DNA from: Mobula hypostoma
Taxonomy: Eukaryota
NCBI RefSeq assembly: GCF_963921235.1
Contig: NC_086097.1
Coordinates: 192,140,001 to 192,204,000, forward strand
Length of the DNA: 64,000 bases
Reading direction: 5' to 3'
Part shown: piece by piece, positions 12,981 through 26,050 of the stretch
Position numbering within the stretch: the first letter of the stretch is position 1
Layout of the letters: each line of letters starts with the position of its first letter
Position numbers and translations under genes: made by a program
The notes under the pieces: model-generated
Database searches by the model: none
Seen by the model: the letters and a program-made list of their open reading frames with translations, nothing else
What the model was told of the DNA's origin: nothing

Positions 12981-14247
12981 AGTTTGATTACAGCCAAGCT
13001 AAATAATGTTCCTCCAGGGTTAAGGTGCAAAAACACAGTACTGACAGCACACAGCAGTCTGCCCATGCACAAAGAGTTGCAGTTCCAGAAAAAGACAATC
13101 ACAAAAAAATAATATAGCCCAAGTGGCATGGTCTGTAGATTGATAGAGCCCCGGTCCACGTCTTTCACCGAGAGAAAACTGGAGAGCAGCACCGATGGAA
13201 GGGGCCAAATTCCCAACCCAGTGCAAATTGTGGTGCACCCACAGGGACCTCTGTTCTCTCCCATACTGCCTCCAGTCTCTCCTTTCTTGGACAGTGGCAA
13301 CAGGCAACACTGGGGCATGAGGGCCTGGGCCAGCCAACATCCAAGGCGACACACTTCCCCCACCATCGTTCTTGCCAATAAACCAGTGAACCAGACTTGC
13401 AGTATTCTACATTACCACTGTTCAACAGGGTCTCTCAATCACACTAAAAAAGCTCAAGACAATCATTTGCACTATTTGTTGAAACATGCATCATCTCCAC
13501 ATAACAATGGTATGCAACAAGTCCATGTGAAGATATGGTACAGAACGAGTCCAATTCTGTCACTATCAAGCAACTCACTGATGGGGAACCTGCAGTACTT
13601 GATGTCCTTAATATCCAGAAGTGTCTTGTGATTGTAAAAAGATGCAAAGGATGAACAATTACACTTTTGTTTGAAGGTAGAAATGGTGCTGTGAATGTGC
13701 GTGCCACCACCTTACTCTATATGTTAAAGGAACACATGACACAGGTGGGTGGGCATTCAACCCTCAGAAGGTACAATGGCCCAGAAAGATGGTTCAGATT
13801 TTGGACATTTAGCTGGACGTCAGCTCACGGAACCATCTTGGATAAAACCAAGAATAATATATTTGACAAAGTTACCTTTACTATTGAGACAGAACTGCAG
13901 AACTTTGTTGACCTGCTTGGATTTTGGAGGCAGCACAAACCCCATTTGACATTCCTGCTTAGGCCTCTGTATGGAACAGCCAGAAAGAAAGCTAAATTCG
14001 AATAGGGCCTGACCAATAGAGGGCATTCCAGAAGGCAGAGCAGGAGATGGCCCAGTACTGCTACTCACAGCATGAAGGCCTGATATGCCTTTTGAATCAG
14101 AAGTATCAGAGTGAGAAGGTGTGACTGTTTGGAGCCTGTGTTAAAATAAAGGGGCCACCAATGCACCATTGGGATTCTGGTCGAGAAAACTCCCAGACCT
14201 GGCAATGTGGTACACGCTCTTTGACAGCCGTCGGACTGTATAGAGGT

Positions 14248-17010
14248 CGAGAAAACGGCAGCACAGAAAGAGGCCATTCAGCCAGTCTAGTCGCCAAATG
14301 ATTAATCTGCCTAGAGCCATCGACCAGCACCTGGACCGTAGCCCTCAATACCCATCCCGTCATATACCTATCCGAATTTCTTTTAAGTGTTGAAATCGAA
14401 CCTGCATTCACCATTTGCACTGGCTGCTCATTCCACGCTCTCACTAACCTCCGAGTGAAGTTCTCCATTATGTTCCTTGTCAACATTTCACCTTTCACCC
14501 TTAATCCATGACCTCTAGTTGTAGTCTCACCCAACCTCAGTGGAAAGCCTGCTTGCATATATCCTATCTATATCCCTCATAATTTTGTATACCTCTATCA
14601 AATCTCCTCTCAGTCTTCTATGTTCTAGGGAATATGAACTAACTGATTCAACCTTTCCCTGTCACTCAGGTCCTCGACCTGGCAACATCCTTGTAAATTT
14701 TCTCTGCACTCTTTCAATCTTACTCACATCCTTCCTGTAGATAGGTGACCATAACTGCTCACAATACTCCAAATCAGTCCTCACCAACTTCTAAGACAAT
14801 TTCTAAGAAAAGGCTGGGAATATCAATAACTGTGGTGCTTCTCTTCCTGACGAACTTAGCGTATTCTACACAAGATTCGTACAGAAGAGGAGCGTCCCGC
14901 TCCCTCCGGATGAACCAGACCCGGTGGCATCGAGATTCATCATCACCGAGGAGGACATTAGAAGGGCTTTCCTGAAGATAAATCCAAGGAAGGCGACGGG
15001 CCCAGATGGCGTCCCGGGACGGGTTGTCTGGGCCTGTGCAAAGGAGCTAGCTGGAGTATTTGCTGACATCTTCAACTGCTCCTTGCTTCAGTCTAAGATC
15101 CCTTCGTGTTTTACGAAGGCAACGATAATCCCAGTGCCGAAGAAGAGCAAGGTGGCATGCCTGAATGACTATCGACCTGTGGCTCTGACATCAATTGCTA
15201 TGAAGTGCTTCGAGAGATTGGTTATGGCACACATCAACTACAGCCTACCGGTCAAGCAACAGGTCAACGGCAGATGCCATCTCTCTGGCCCTACATTCCT
15301 CCTTAGAACATCTGGAGAATAAAGACGCATACGTAAGGCTCCTTTTCATTGACTACAGCTCTGCCTTTAATACCATCATTCCAAATAAACTGATTCCTAA
15401 GCTCTGGAACCTGGGCCTTAGCACTCAGATCTGCAGTTGGATCTTCAACTTCTTCACAGACAGGACCCAGGCTGTAAAAATAGGGGACAAGCTCTCCTCT
15501 ACAATCACTCTGAGCACCGGTACCCCACAAGGCTGTGTACTCAGCCCCCTGCTGTTCTCACTGTACACCCATGATTTTGTAGCCAAGTTTCCATCAAACT
15601 CAATATATAAGTTTGCTGATGACACAACAACTGTAGGCCGTATCTCAGGTAATGATGAGTTTGAGTACAGAGAGGAAATTAAGAACCTGGTGGCATGGTT
15701 CGAAGACAATAACCTATCCCTTAACATCAGCAAGACGAACGAATTGGTTGTTGACTTCAGAAGGAGTAGCGGACCGCACGTCCCAATTTACATCAGTGGT
15801 GCGCAAGTGGAACAGGTCAAAAGCTTTAAATTCCTCGGGGTCAATATCACAAATGACCTGACTTGGTCCAACCAAGCAGAGTTCACTGCCAAGAAGACCC
15901 ACCAGCGCCTTTACTTCCTGAGAAAACTAAAGAAATTTGGCCTGTCCCCTAAAAACCCTCACTAATTTTTATAGATGCACCGTAGAAAGCATTCTTCTAG
16001 GGTGCATCACAACCTGGTATGGAAGTTGTCCTGTCCAAGACCGAAAGAAGCTGCAGAAGATCGTGAACACGGCGCAGCACATCACACAAACCAATCTTCC
16101 ATCCTTGGACTCACTTTACACCGCACGCTGTCGGAGCAGTGCTGCCAGGATAATCAAGGACACGACCCACCCAGCCAACACACTTTTTATCCCTCTTCCC
16201 TCTGGGAGAAGGCTCAGGATCTTGAAGACTCGTACGGCCAGATTTGGGAACAGCTTCCTTCCAACTGTGATAAGACTGCTGAACGGATCCTGACCCGGAT
16301 CTGGGCTGTATCCTCCAAATATCCGGACCTGCCTCTCGGTTTTTTCGCACTAGCTTACGTTTTTCTATTTTCTATTTATGATTTATAACTTAAATTTTTA
16401 ATATTTACTAATTTTAACTATTTTTAATATTTAATATTTGTAATCCAGGGAGTGGGAAGCGCAGAATCAAATATCGCTGTGATGATTATACGTTCTAGTA
16501 CCAATTGTTTGGCGACAATAAAGTATGAAGTATAAGTATAGAGTATAATTTCAACATAACATTCCAACCTCTGAACTCAGTAGATTGATTCGTGAAGGCT
16601 AATGTGCCAAAAGATTTCTTTATGACTCTATCTATTTGAGGCACCACTTTAAAGGAATTATGGATCTTTATGCCTATATCCCTTTGTTCTATTGCACTCC
16701 TCAGTGCCCTGCAACTCACTGGGTAAGACCTACCATAGTTGGTCCACCTAAAGTACATCACACTTGTCTGCACTAAATTCCCCCATGCCATTTTCAGCCC
16801 ATTTTTCCAACATCTTCAAATCCAACTGCAAGTTTTGATAGTCTTACTCACTGTCCATTACACCCCCATTCTTGGTGTTATCCACAAATTTGCTGATCCA
16901 GTTTACCCCATTATTGATATAGATGACAAACAACAATAGACCCAGCATTGATTCCTGTGGCACACCACTAATCACAGGCCTCCAGTTAGAGAGGCAACCA
17001 TCTATAATCA
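14248..17010 (-). mobile_element. CR1 LINE 3' part, split by the Rex1 insertion
   Basis: CR1 ORF2 C-terminal motifs on both sides of 14.8-16.5 kb (TRGHGLRVKG..RAWN; QRDIGIKIHNSFKV). Confidence 0.7.
14800..16545 (+). mobile_element. Relatively young 5'-truncated Rex1/Babar-type LINE
   Basis: [89 protein letters not shown] followed by an (AGTAT)-like tail at ~16518-16547. Confidence 0.88.
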
Positions 17011-17012
17011 CT

Positions 17013-17568
17013 CAGGAGAAAATCTGCAGATGCTGGAATTTCAAGCAACACACATAAAAATTGCTGGTGAACGCAGCAGGCCAGGCAGCATCTATAGGAG
17101 GAGGTACAGTCGAAGTTTCGGGCCGAGACCCTCCTCAGGACTAATGGAAAGAAGAGATAGTAAGAGATTTGAAAGTGGGAGGGGGTGGGGGAGATCCAAA
17201 ATGATAGGAGAAGACAGGAGGGGGAAGGGATGGAGCTAAGAGCTGGAAAGTTGATTGGCAAAAGGGATATGGGAGGATCATGGGACTGGAGGCCTGGAGA
17301 GAAAGAAGGAGGGAGAGGGGAAGCCCAGAGGATGGGAAAGGAGTATAGCGAGAGGGATAGAGGGAGAAAAAGGAGAGAGAGAAAAAAAATTAATAAGAAT
17401 AAAAGACAAATAAGTAATGGATGGGGTACGAGGGGGAGTTGGGCCATTAATGGAAGTTAGGGAAGTCAATGTTCATGCCATCAGGTTGGAGGCTACCCAG
17501 ATGGAATATAAGGTGTTGTTCCTCCAACCTGAGTGTGGCTTGGCCTCCTCTACTGTCAAGATGAAGCC
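17013..17568 (-). mobile_element. Penelope-like 3' repeat with a short 5' inversion
   Basis: Homologous to the 27.3 kb and 35.1 kb arms; encodes RLEEQHLIFHLGSLQPDGMNIDF. The last ~27 nt (ggcctcctctactgtcaagatgaagcc) are inverted. Confidence 0.85.
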
Positions 17569-18949
17569 CTTTATCCCTTTCCTGTTCAGGTGCAAGTCTC
17601 CTCTTCTGTACAGGTCCCACCTTCCCTGGAAGAGAGCCGAATGATCCAAAGATGTGAAGCCCTCTCTCCTCAGTCACGTGTAAAACTGTATATTCTTCCT
17701 CTTTCTGTCCTCACTAGCATGTGGCATGGGTGGACACCTATTCAGGGCTACTGATAGCAATCTCATCTGCTTGAGCAGGCCAGGAAAGCACTACCATCAG
17801 GCTAGAGCCTGGTTCAGTCATATGATGTACTTACGAAAGTATAATCTGTAAATAGAAGCTATTTTACTGGGTAGCAAGTTTAAGAATGGGTTGTGCAAAA
17901 TAGTGTGTGCTGAGAATTTCACATTCCTCATTACTCTCAAGCTTCTGTGTTGATTGAAACTATAAATGGTCTCCTGAAACAGCAGACTTGAATGCTGACC
18001 TCCACAAGCACATTTCTGTGAAGGCATTCTGTCCCGCCATTCGCACTTTATATCCTAACATCAGATCCAAATCGTATGGGTAGAATAATTTGAACGGACC
18101 ACTTTGTCACACTTGAATCAGAAATGGAGGAAGAGCAAACACTTTCAGCTGGGCCGAAAGTAAGGTTGAGTTGGCCTAGCTGACGCCTACAGCAGGGTGC
18201 AGCAGCAAAAAATGTCAATAGCAATACTGATTGGTTTATGTTGCAGGGGACTGAAAAACCCATTTGTGTAGATTGTGGTAAATAGACTAAAAGAGAAAGA
18301 ATTGATAATGACAACTGCTCTTTTGACATAACAGGAAAATAACAAGTAAATATAAGCTTTATCTGGCAACAACTGGAAAAGAAGGTTGTGAGGAGAGCTG
18401 TGATTTCTACACTGGTTCCCTTAGCCTACATTATTTGCATTGTCAGATCTTGTTTGGTCTGAATTTTATATACATATACTCAGAAATTGTGCCTAAGCAA
18501 TTTGATCTGATGCAGGTTTTAGTTATAATGAGCTTGACAGTTTTGGTAGTATTACAGCAACAGAGGGATTTGCATCTGAAATCCTATTTGTATATGTCCC
18601 TTTCCTGTGCTAAAAGTGCTAACTTAACTAACTTGTTGGGTGTGCTCACACATTCCTGTACACTCCACAGCGGGTATTCCACAGTGTCCTGTCCCTCTCA
18701 ACTGAGCTGTAGTTTTGTCTCGGTTAGCCTTCGATAACCGAGTCACCAATGTCAATAAAGTCTTCCTCTTACAACTATGAGCTCTTAAAAGGATGGCATT
18801 ACCCCACAGTATGGCATCTTCCATACTCCATTATCACTGTCCCTTGACCAATATCTCAGACACTGGCTGACCAACCAGGTCCTTTTGTTTTCAGAAGTTT
18901 AAAAACTTTGGATTTTGGATTGGGAATAGTTTTTGTAATGTTGGTATCC

Positions 18950-19420
18950 TTACAGATCACAACTGTTATTTTATGCCTCCTACTCTGAATGGTACCTATT
19001 TTATCTATGGCCATTGAGCCTACCCATGGTTGCCAAAATGGTGACAAAGCTCTTTCTATCTAGGTTTTGTGGTACTATAGTATATGGTATCCACATATAC
19101 CATTCCAATACACCCACACAAGTCCTAGAGAGAGGTAAGAGAGAATTCAATCAAGTGGATGAATTCTTTAAAATTGCAGTCCCTATACAGGGCACAGATA
19201 ATGTGATAATGGACTTTTGGAGTTTGGCCAGATTGCTGGAAAGGGTAGTAAATGCCACCTCTGAGGCTTTGAGTGAAATTAAATTTTGATTTTAGCTGGG
19301 AATAAGCCAAAGCTGAAATGGTAACTTTGAGGACAATAGGATTGCAAAACTGAATGGGTTTAGATGTTGTCCTCTGCAGGAAAGGGCGGGGGAAGGGAAC
19401 ATATACACTTGTGGGAACTG
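18950..19420 (+). pseudogene. Retroviral env relic (end of SU, furin site, TM heptad and immunosuppressive domain)
   Basis: LNGTYFIYGH*AYPWLPKW; ERGKR cleavage site (~19128-19142); SLARLLERVVNATSEALSEI heptad; LRTIGLQN*MGLDVVL matches the LQNRxxLD ISD with a CGA>TGA change. Confidence 0.8.
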
Positions 19421-19564
19421 ACTTATTTTCCTCACAAATTCGGAATTTCCAAACTTGCAAATTACATCAGCAAGTTAGCAATGACCAAGTCTTTGAGGTA
19501 TTGGGAAACCTGCTGCATGCGTTCAATTATGACAGCCAAAATACAGGGATAATTTCCTTTAGGA

Positions 19565-19775
19565 CTGTCTGGTGGTGTAGTGGCATCAGCACTGTTCTTC
19601 AAGACGGATGGTTCTGAGTTCAAATCTGGCCGGGTCCCGACCTGGGCAGCAGTAGTATCTGTGCAGAAGAAAGTTCTGGCAATTCACTTCTGTATCTTGC
19701 CATGAGAGCTATACTATCCTTATGGATAGGGTCACCATGAGTCAGCAATGACTCGACGGCACTCAACGACAACAA
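19565..19775 (+). mobile_element. tRNA-derived SINE with an RTE-type tail
   Basis: A-box-like tggtgtagtgg, B-box-like gagttcaaatc, and tail gggtcaccatgagtcagcaatgactcgacggcact(caa)n. Confidence 0.6.
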
Positions 19776-19915
19776 TTTCCTTTATGCTTATTATAGTTAC
19801 AATATCCTTGTGTTCAGCTGCTTAGAGGCTGCTGTATACAAATAAGCTGCAACAAGGTACCCATACATGGCCCATGACCTTTGATGTAAAGCTGTAAGCA
19901 ACAGTGAAATCAAGC

Positions 19916-20609
19916 TGTAGTGGTGTGCTAAGATGAAGCAGAGTTAGTGATTTCCCGGTTATAATAGGGATCAAATGGCTGAATATGTTGATAAAATGGC
20001 TGACAAGTTTTGTTTTAGGCTCTGGTTACAGAGACTGTTTAAGAGAATTTATTAAGAGAATTTATTGGAAATCACGCAGTAATTTCCAATAGGTCATGCA
20101 TAGGGCACCTTGCCATATATGGAGTTTTTTTTTTATTTGTAGGGGAGATAAGGGAAATCCAGAATAATATACTACTAAAGATTTACCAAGTGATTTTTGG
20201 ATCTTCTACATGAGCAGGTTAGCGAACAGTGCCTAGCAATCTTTATATCCCCTCATGTTTCAAAGTGTTGGGCCTCCTCAACGGCTGAAGATAGAGTGGT
20301 GAAGAATATAAATGTGGTGCTTTTAATTGCTGATAAGTATTACTATGGATTGCATGCAACCTTGAGTTTGATTTATTAGGGAAGAATCAAATAATGAAGT
20401 CTAAGTTTTGTTCTTTGAGTTGAATTACATTGGATTTGCAGCTGAAGGTAGAAAGTTAAATTAGTTCTGTGACTGAGAGTAAAAATTACTGAAGTTACTG
20501 ATTTCTTTGTTCTTTTATTGAAGAGCTAAGTAAAGTTACTTAATCAAACTAATTGTTCAGTTGTATCTTTCACGAGGAAACAAAGGAAACCTGAGCTCTG
20601 TTTGAGCCA
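19916..20609 (+). repeat. 3' LTR of the class III ERV
   Basis: Colinear, heavily diverged direct repeat of 8776-9334 located downstream of env. Confidence 0.75.
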
Positions 20610-20619
20610 GGAGGTACTG

Positions 20620-23280
20620 TCAATGTGTAGATATCTTCATAGGCCCATCAGAATACAGTTATACCACTTTTACCAGTACAAATGGGAAATAGAAAAGGCA
20701 TGTAAAAAGGACAATGTTAAGATAATCATGGCGGATTTTGATATACAGGTAGATTTAGAAAATCAGTTTGGTGCTGGGTGCCAAGATAGGAAATTTGTAT
20801 AATGCCTATGACCAGCTTGTGGTTGATCCCACTAGAGGAAAGGCAATTCTGGACAGGGTGTTGTGAAATTAACCAAATTTGATCAGAGAACTTAAAGTAA
20901 AGGAACTCTTAGGATGATGATTGAATTCACCCTGCAGCTTGAGAGGGAGAAGATAAAGTCAGATGTATTTTTATCACAGTGGAGTAAAGAGAATTACAGA
21001 GGCATGAGAGTGGAGCTGGCCATAGTTAACTGGAAGTGAACACTAGGTGGGATGATGACAGAGCAACTAAGGCTGGAGATTCTGGGAGCAATTCGGAAGG
21101 CACAAAATAGATACATTCCAGAGATGAAGGAGTATTCTAAAGGGCAGATGAGGCAACCATGGCTGACAAGGGAAGTCAAAGCCAGCATTGGTGCAAAAGA
21201 GAGGGCATACAATATAACAAAAATTAGTGGGAAGTTAAAAGATTGGGAAGTTTTTAAAAACCAACAGAAAGCAACTAAAAAACAGTCAAGTGGAGAAAAA
21301 TTGAAAAAATGAGGGAAAGCTAGCCAATAATGTAAGAGGATATCAAAAGTTGTTTCAAATATACAATGAATAAAAGAGAGACAAGAGTGGATATTGGACC
21401 ACTGGAAAATGGTGCTGGAGAAGAAGTTATGTTGGACAAAGAAATAGTGGAAGAACTTAGTAAGTATTTTGCATCAGTCTTCACTGTGGATGACACTAGT
21501 TGTATGTGAGAAATTTGAGTGTAAGAGGGCAGAAGTGAACATTAAGGAGAAGGTGCTTGGGAAAATGAAAGGTTTGAAGGTAGATAAGTCACCTGAATCA
21601 GATGGACTACACCGTAGTGTTTTGAAAGAGAAGGTTGAAGAGATTATGGAAAATTGAAGAGATTAAGGAAAAATTAGTAATGATCTTTCAGCGATCACTA
21701 GATACCAGAAAGGCTCCAGAGGAACGAAAAATGGCATATGTCACTCCACTCTTTAAGAAGGGAGGGAGACAGAAGAGAGGAAATTATAGGCCAGTTAGGC
21801 ATCGGCGGTTGGGAAGATATTTGAGTGCATTATTAAGGATAGGACTTTTCTATGACTCTGACTCCATGAGGTTTCACTGTACTTGGAGGCACATGATAAA
21901 ATAGGCCAAAGTCAGCATGGTTTCCTTAAGGGGATATTGTACCTGACAAGTCTGTTGGAATTCTTTGAGGAAATATCAGGTAAGATAGACAAAGGAAGAT
22001 TTGCTTACTGGCAGGAGGAAAATATTGGGAATAAAGGGGACCATTTTAGGTTGGCATGTGGTGTTTCACGGGGGTTGGTGCTGGGACTGCTTCTTATCAT
22101 ATTATTTGTAATGATTTGGATGAAGGAATTAATGTCATTGTGACCAAGTTTGTGGACAATACAAAGATAGGTGGAGGGGCAAGTAGTGTTGAGGAAGCAG
22201 GGAATCTGTAGAAAGATTTAGACAGATTGTGAGAATGGGCAAAGAAGTGGAATATAATGCAAGGAAGTATATGGTCATGCACTTTGTTAGACTATTGTCT
22301 AAATGGGGAGAAAATTCAGAAATTTGAGGTGCAAAGGGACTTGGGTGTCCTTGTGCAGGATCCCCTAAAAATTAATTTGCAGTTTGAGCCAGTGGTAAGG
22401 AAGGCAAATGCAATGTTAGCATTCATTTTGAAAGGACTGGAATGTTTTCTTTATTTATGGAGATACGCCACGGAACAGTCCTTCCCGGCCCCTCGAGTCA
22501 CGCTGCCCAGTGATCTCCTGATTTAATCACGGGACAATTTACAATAGCCAATTAACCGACGAATTGATACATCTTTGGTCTGTGGGGGGGAACCAAAGCA
22601 CCCGGAGGAAACCCTCCCAATCACGCGTGAGAGCTTACAAACTCCTTAAAAGCAGCAGCAGGAACTTAACCTGGGTTGCCAGTACTGTAAAGCATTGTGC
22701 TAACCACCACACTACTGTGCCACCAATATACGAGCAACGATGTAATGTGAGGCTTTATAAGGCATTGGTCTGGCGGCACTTGGAGTATTGTGAAAGTTTT
22801 GGGCTCCCTATCTAAAGAAATGTGCTGGCATTGGAGAAGGTCCAGGCGTGGTTCACAAGAATGATTTCAGGAAAGAAGAGGTTAACATATAAAGAGCCTG
22901 TATTTGCTAGAGTTTAAATGAATGAGGGGTGATCTCATTGAAATCTCTCAAATAATGAAAGGACTGGTTAGAGTGGATGTTTTCTGCAATGGGTGAGTTT
23001 AGGACCAGAGGGCACAGCCTCAGAATAGAGGGACATCCATTTACAACAGAGAAGAGGAGGGGTTTCTTTGCCAGTGGGTAATGAATTTATGGAATTCATT
23101 GTCACAGCTGGCTGTGGAGGCCATCTCATTGAGTATATTTAAAGCAGAGGTTTTAGGTTTTTTATTAGTCAGGCAAAAGAATGGGGTTGAAAGGGATAAT
23201 AAATCAGCCATGATGGAATGGCAGAGAAAACTTGATAGGCCGAATGACCTAATTCAGCTTCTATATTTTATGGTATTACC
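20620..23280 (+). mobile_element. Decayed CR1 LINE ORF2
   Basis: IIMADFD; QPWLTREVK; LKVDKSPESDGLH; VTPLFKKGGRQKRGNYRPV; SQHGFLKG; QRDLGVLV. Confidence 0.85.
22455..22725 (-). mobile_element. V-SINE (HE1-like) inserted in CR1
   Basis: Reverse complement shows a tRNA-like head (ggcacagtagtgtggtggttagcac) and a V-domain-like core (ggagtttgta..gggtttcctccgggtgct..aattggctattgtaaattg). Confidence 0.65.
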
Positions 23281-23744
23281 ATTAGGCCAAGAGGATATTT
23301 TATCCCTAAGGGTCTTCTGACAGCTGATAGACAACCCCCACCCTGTGTTGAAAAAAATCACGGACATTCTTAAAATACTGTAATATCCAAGCCCTCCTTG
23401 ACCCAAAGAAGATCAAGATTGTAGAAGAGACTAAGTTGTGGTTTATATAATAGTGGTTTAATAGCTGGAATATTATCAGCTAATCTCAAGCAGCTCCTAA
23501 TTCATGAATCTGTATCTCTAAAGCAAGGAGGGTTGATATAATCAGTTTCCACATTAGACCACAAGATGTCACTATTCCATTTAGAAATATGGACATTCTT
23601 AGGAGGAAAAGCTATTTTGGCACTAAGGTAGGCATTCCACCTTGGAGAGCATGCCAGCGTAATGTCTTACATTCGTTGACGTCTTAATTTTATTTGTTCC
23701 ATCTATATGAATATCACAAAGGACAAATTGTAAATGGAGAAAAT

Positions 23745-23912
23745 CTGAAACAAAAACTGTAAATGATGGATATATTCTTCAGATTCAGGCAGCACAGAGT
23801 TAACATCTCAGGTTGAAGACCCTTTGTGAGGGTCTACAAACTAAAGTGTTAACCCTGTCGTTCCACAGGTACTGCCTGACCTACTGAGTCTCTCCTGCAT
23901 TTTCTGTATTGA
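23745..23912. mobile_element. Old Penelope-like fold-back remnant
   Basis: caggcagcacagagttaaca..gaagaccct followed by agggtct..tgttaaccctg..ctgcctgacct; inverted around a degraded hammerhead region. Confidence 0.5.
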
Positions 23913-24539
23913 TTCCTTCCACTTAGTATTTACTACCTTCAGTAAATGTGGTAAGGGTTTGGAGGCTGATACTTTTGTTGTGTTTTTTTGTGCAGGGGAG
24001 GGGATTTTTGGAGGGTTGATGACTGCATTGCCATTTTTTATCTGCAGGGGTGGTGGGATTACTGTTTCCCTTTGAACTTACTTCCATGGTTTATCTTTGT
24101 TTTGTGACTATCTGGAGAAGAAGAATCTCTGAGTTGTATATTGCATACTGTACATACTATGATCATAAGTTAACCTATGAAACTTTGAAAACATGTTTAA
24201 TTCATTTTATTACTTTAAAATCCATCTGTGTGGAGTGTAATCGTGACACTACTGATATCTAAATACTTAGTTTTAAAAATTAGCATACTGTAAATACTCA
24301 AAATCTGCTATTTAGCCCTGTATACTTAAACTTTCTGGTGAACCAATGAGCAAATGCATCAGCTAGTATGTTACAAAGCCATATTATAGTCCCAAATATG
24401 AATATATAGTGAAAAGCTTTTGTTTGTGTGCAATCCAGACAGATCATTCTATTCATAAATGCATTGAAATAGTAAATAGGAAAACAGAATGCCAAATATA
24501 ATGATACAGTTACAGTGAATGTACAAATAGACAAATAAA

Positions 24540-26050
24540 ATGCAAGGTCCATGACAAAGTAGATTCAAAGATCAAGAGCGCATCTTTTAGCATTTGAGAT
24601 GTCTGTTCAAGAGTCTGATATTAGTGGGATAGAAGCTGTCCATGACCATGGTGGTATGTACTCTCGAGCTTTTGCATCTTCTGCCTGATGTGGGGGGTGA
24701 TGAGAGAATAGCTGGGGTGCGATGGGTCCCTGACTGTGTTGTCTGCACTCCTGAGGCAAAGTCCATGGAGGGGAGGCTAGTGTGTGTGACAGACTGGGCT
24801 CTGTTCACAGTTCTTTGCAATTTATTGCAGTCTAAAGCAAAGCAGTTGCTGTACCAAGCTGCGATGCTTTTGGATAGGATGCTTTATGTGAAGCATTATA
24901 AAAATTGGTGAGAGTCATAGTGGACATCTGAATTTCCTTAGCCTCCTTAAGAAGTAGAACTGGTGGAGACTAGCTAGACCAGGACAAGTTGGTGGTGATC
25001 TATACATCAAGGACCTTGAAGCTCACAACCATCTCTACTTTAGCACCATTGGTAAGGACATGGGGATACTCTGCCCCCTTCCTGAAATCAATGATAAGCT
25101 CCGTTGTTTTGCTGGCATTGAAGGTAAGGCTGTTGTCTGGATACCACGCCATTAGATTGTCCATCTCCTTCCTGTACTTCGTTGTTTGAGATATGGCCTA
25201 TTAAGATAGTGCCACCTGCAGAGTTAGAGCAGACTCTGGCCATGCAGTAATGAGAGCATAGGGAATAAAGTAAGGGACTAAGGATATCATTGTTGTGGAT
25301 AATTGTGGAGTAGGTGTTGCCTATCGTTACTGATTGCAGTCTGTTGTTCTGGAGATCAAGGATCCATTTGCTATTAAAGGAGGGATTACAGTCAATAAAT
25401 AGCAGTCTGACATAGGTGTCTTTTCTATCCAGATGCTCCAGAGATGAGCATAGGGCCAGGGAGATGATTTCTGGGATGATAGTACTCTTCCTAAAACAGA
25501 TAGAATTTCAGATTGCAGATGGGAGAGGCTAAAGATGTCTGCAAATACTCCTGCCAACTCATCTACACAGGAATGAGGGTGTGGCTATTGATGCAGTCTC
25601 ACTCCACAGCTTTTATCTCAAGAAGGCCACTCTGATATCTGCAATGTTAACTTTGGATATACATAGGTGCACCAGAGGCCGTCATGGTGGCTGTGACCTT
25701 CTGTTTGAAGTGAACATAGGTGTATTGAGGGATATTATTGTCAGAGATACTGTACTGCCAATAGCACATAACAACTTTGTTTTTTGCTGTGTAATAGAAT
25801 GCAAGTCCAGTCATGATTAATAGCTGGTGTGGGACTCCTGCTTGGTATGGTGTTGTGTCTTGGAACCCCTGATCGTTCATGAAGCTTGTGCTTCAATCTC
25901 CTGTGTAGGTCAGTGTCACCTGATTTGACCCCTTAGACTTCGACTTCAGTAAGGAGTGCATCTCTCTGTTTATTGATGGTTTCCGATTGGGGAACACTTG
26001 CATTGACTTCTCTAGCACACAGCTGAATCATTGAATATGGGCCAGTCCAC
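24540..26050 (-). mobile_element. Decayed Rex1/Babar-type LINE
   Basis: AGVFADIFSLS; QRTVNRAQSVTHTSLPS; SFYPTNIRLLN. Confidence 0.7.

Larger units (their letters stand above)
8776..20609 (+). mobile_element. Ancient class III (ERV-L/ERV-S-like) endogenous retrovirus, LTR-gag-pro-pol-env-LTR, with multiple nested insertions
   Basis: Diverged LTR pair. Protease relic KGNQQ..GLSDTCAE (~11680-11730). RT relic WPVRKSDGS..AVPDI..IDLSNAFFSIPL..SQNQFAFT..LCHSLLAQDL..SIDD (~12080-12460). LLGFWRQHKPHL..LRPLY..RKKAKFE (~13900-14005). Integrase VDTYSG and FHIPHYSQASVLIETINGLLKQQ (~17730-17990). Env relic at ~18950-19400. Confidence 0.82.

Noticed and set aside
8771..20614. TSD and polypurine tract for the class III ERV
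   Set aside because: The flanks (tcaag / ggagg) do not match, and no clear PPT precedes 19916.
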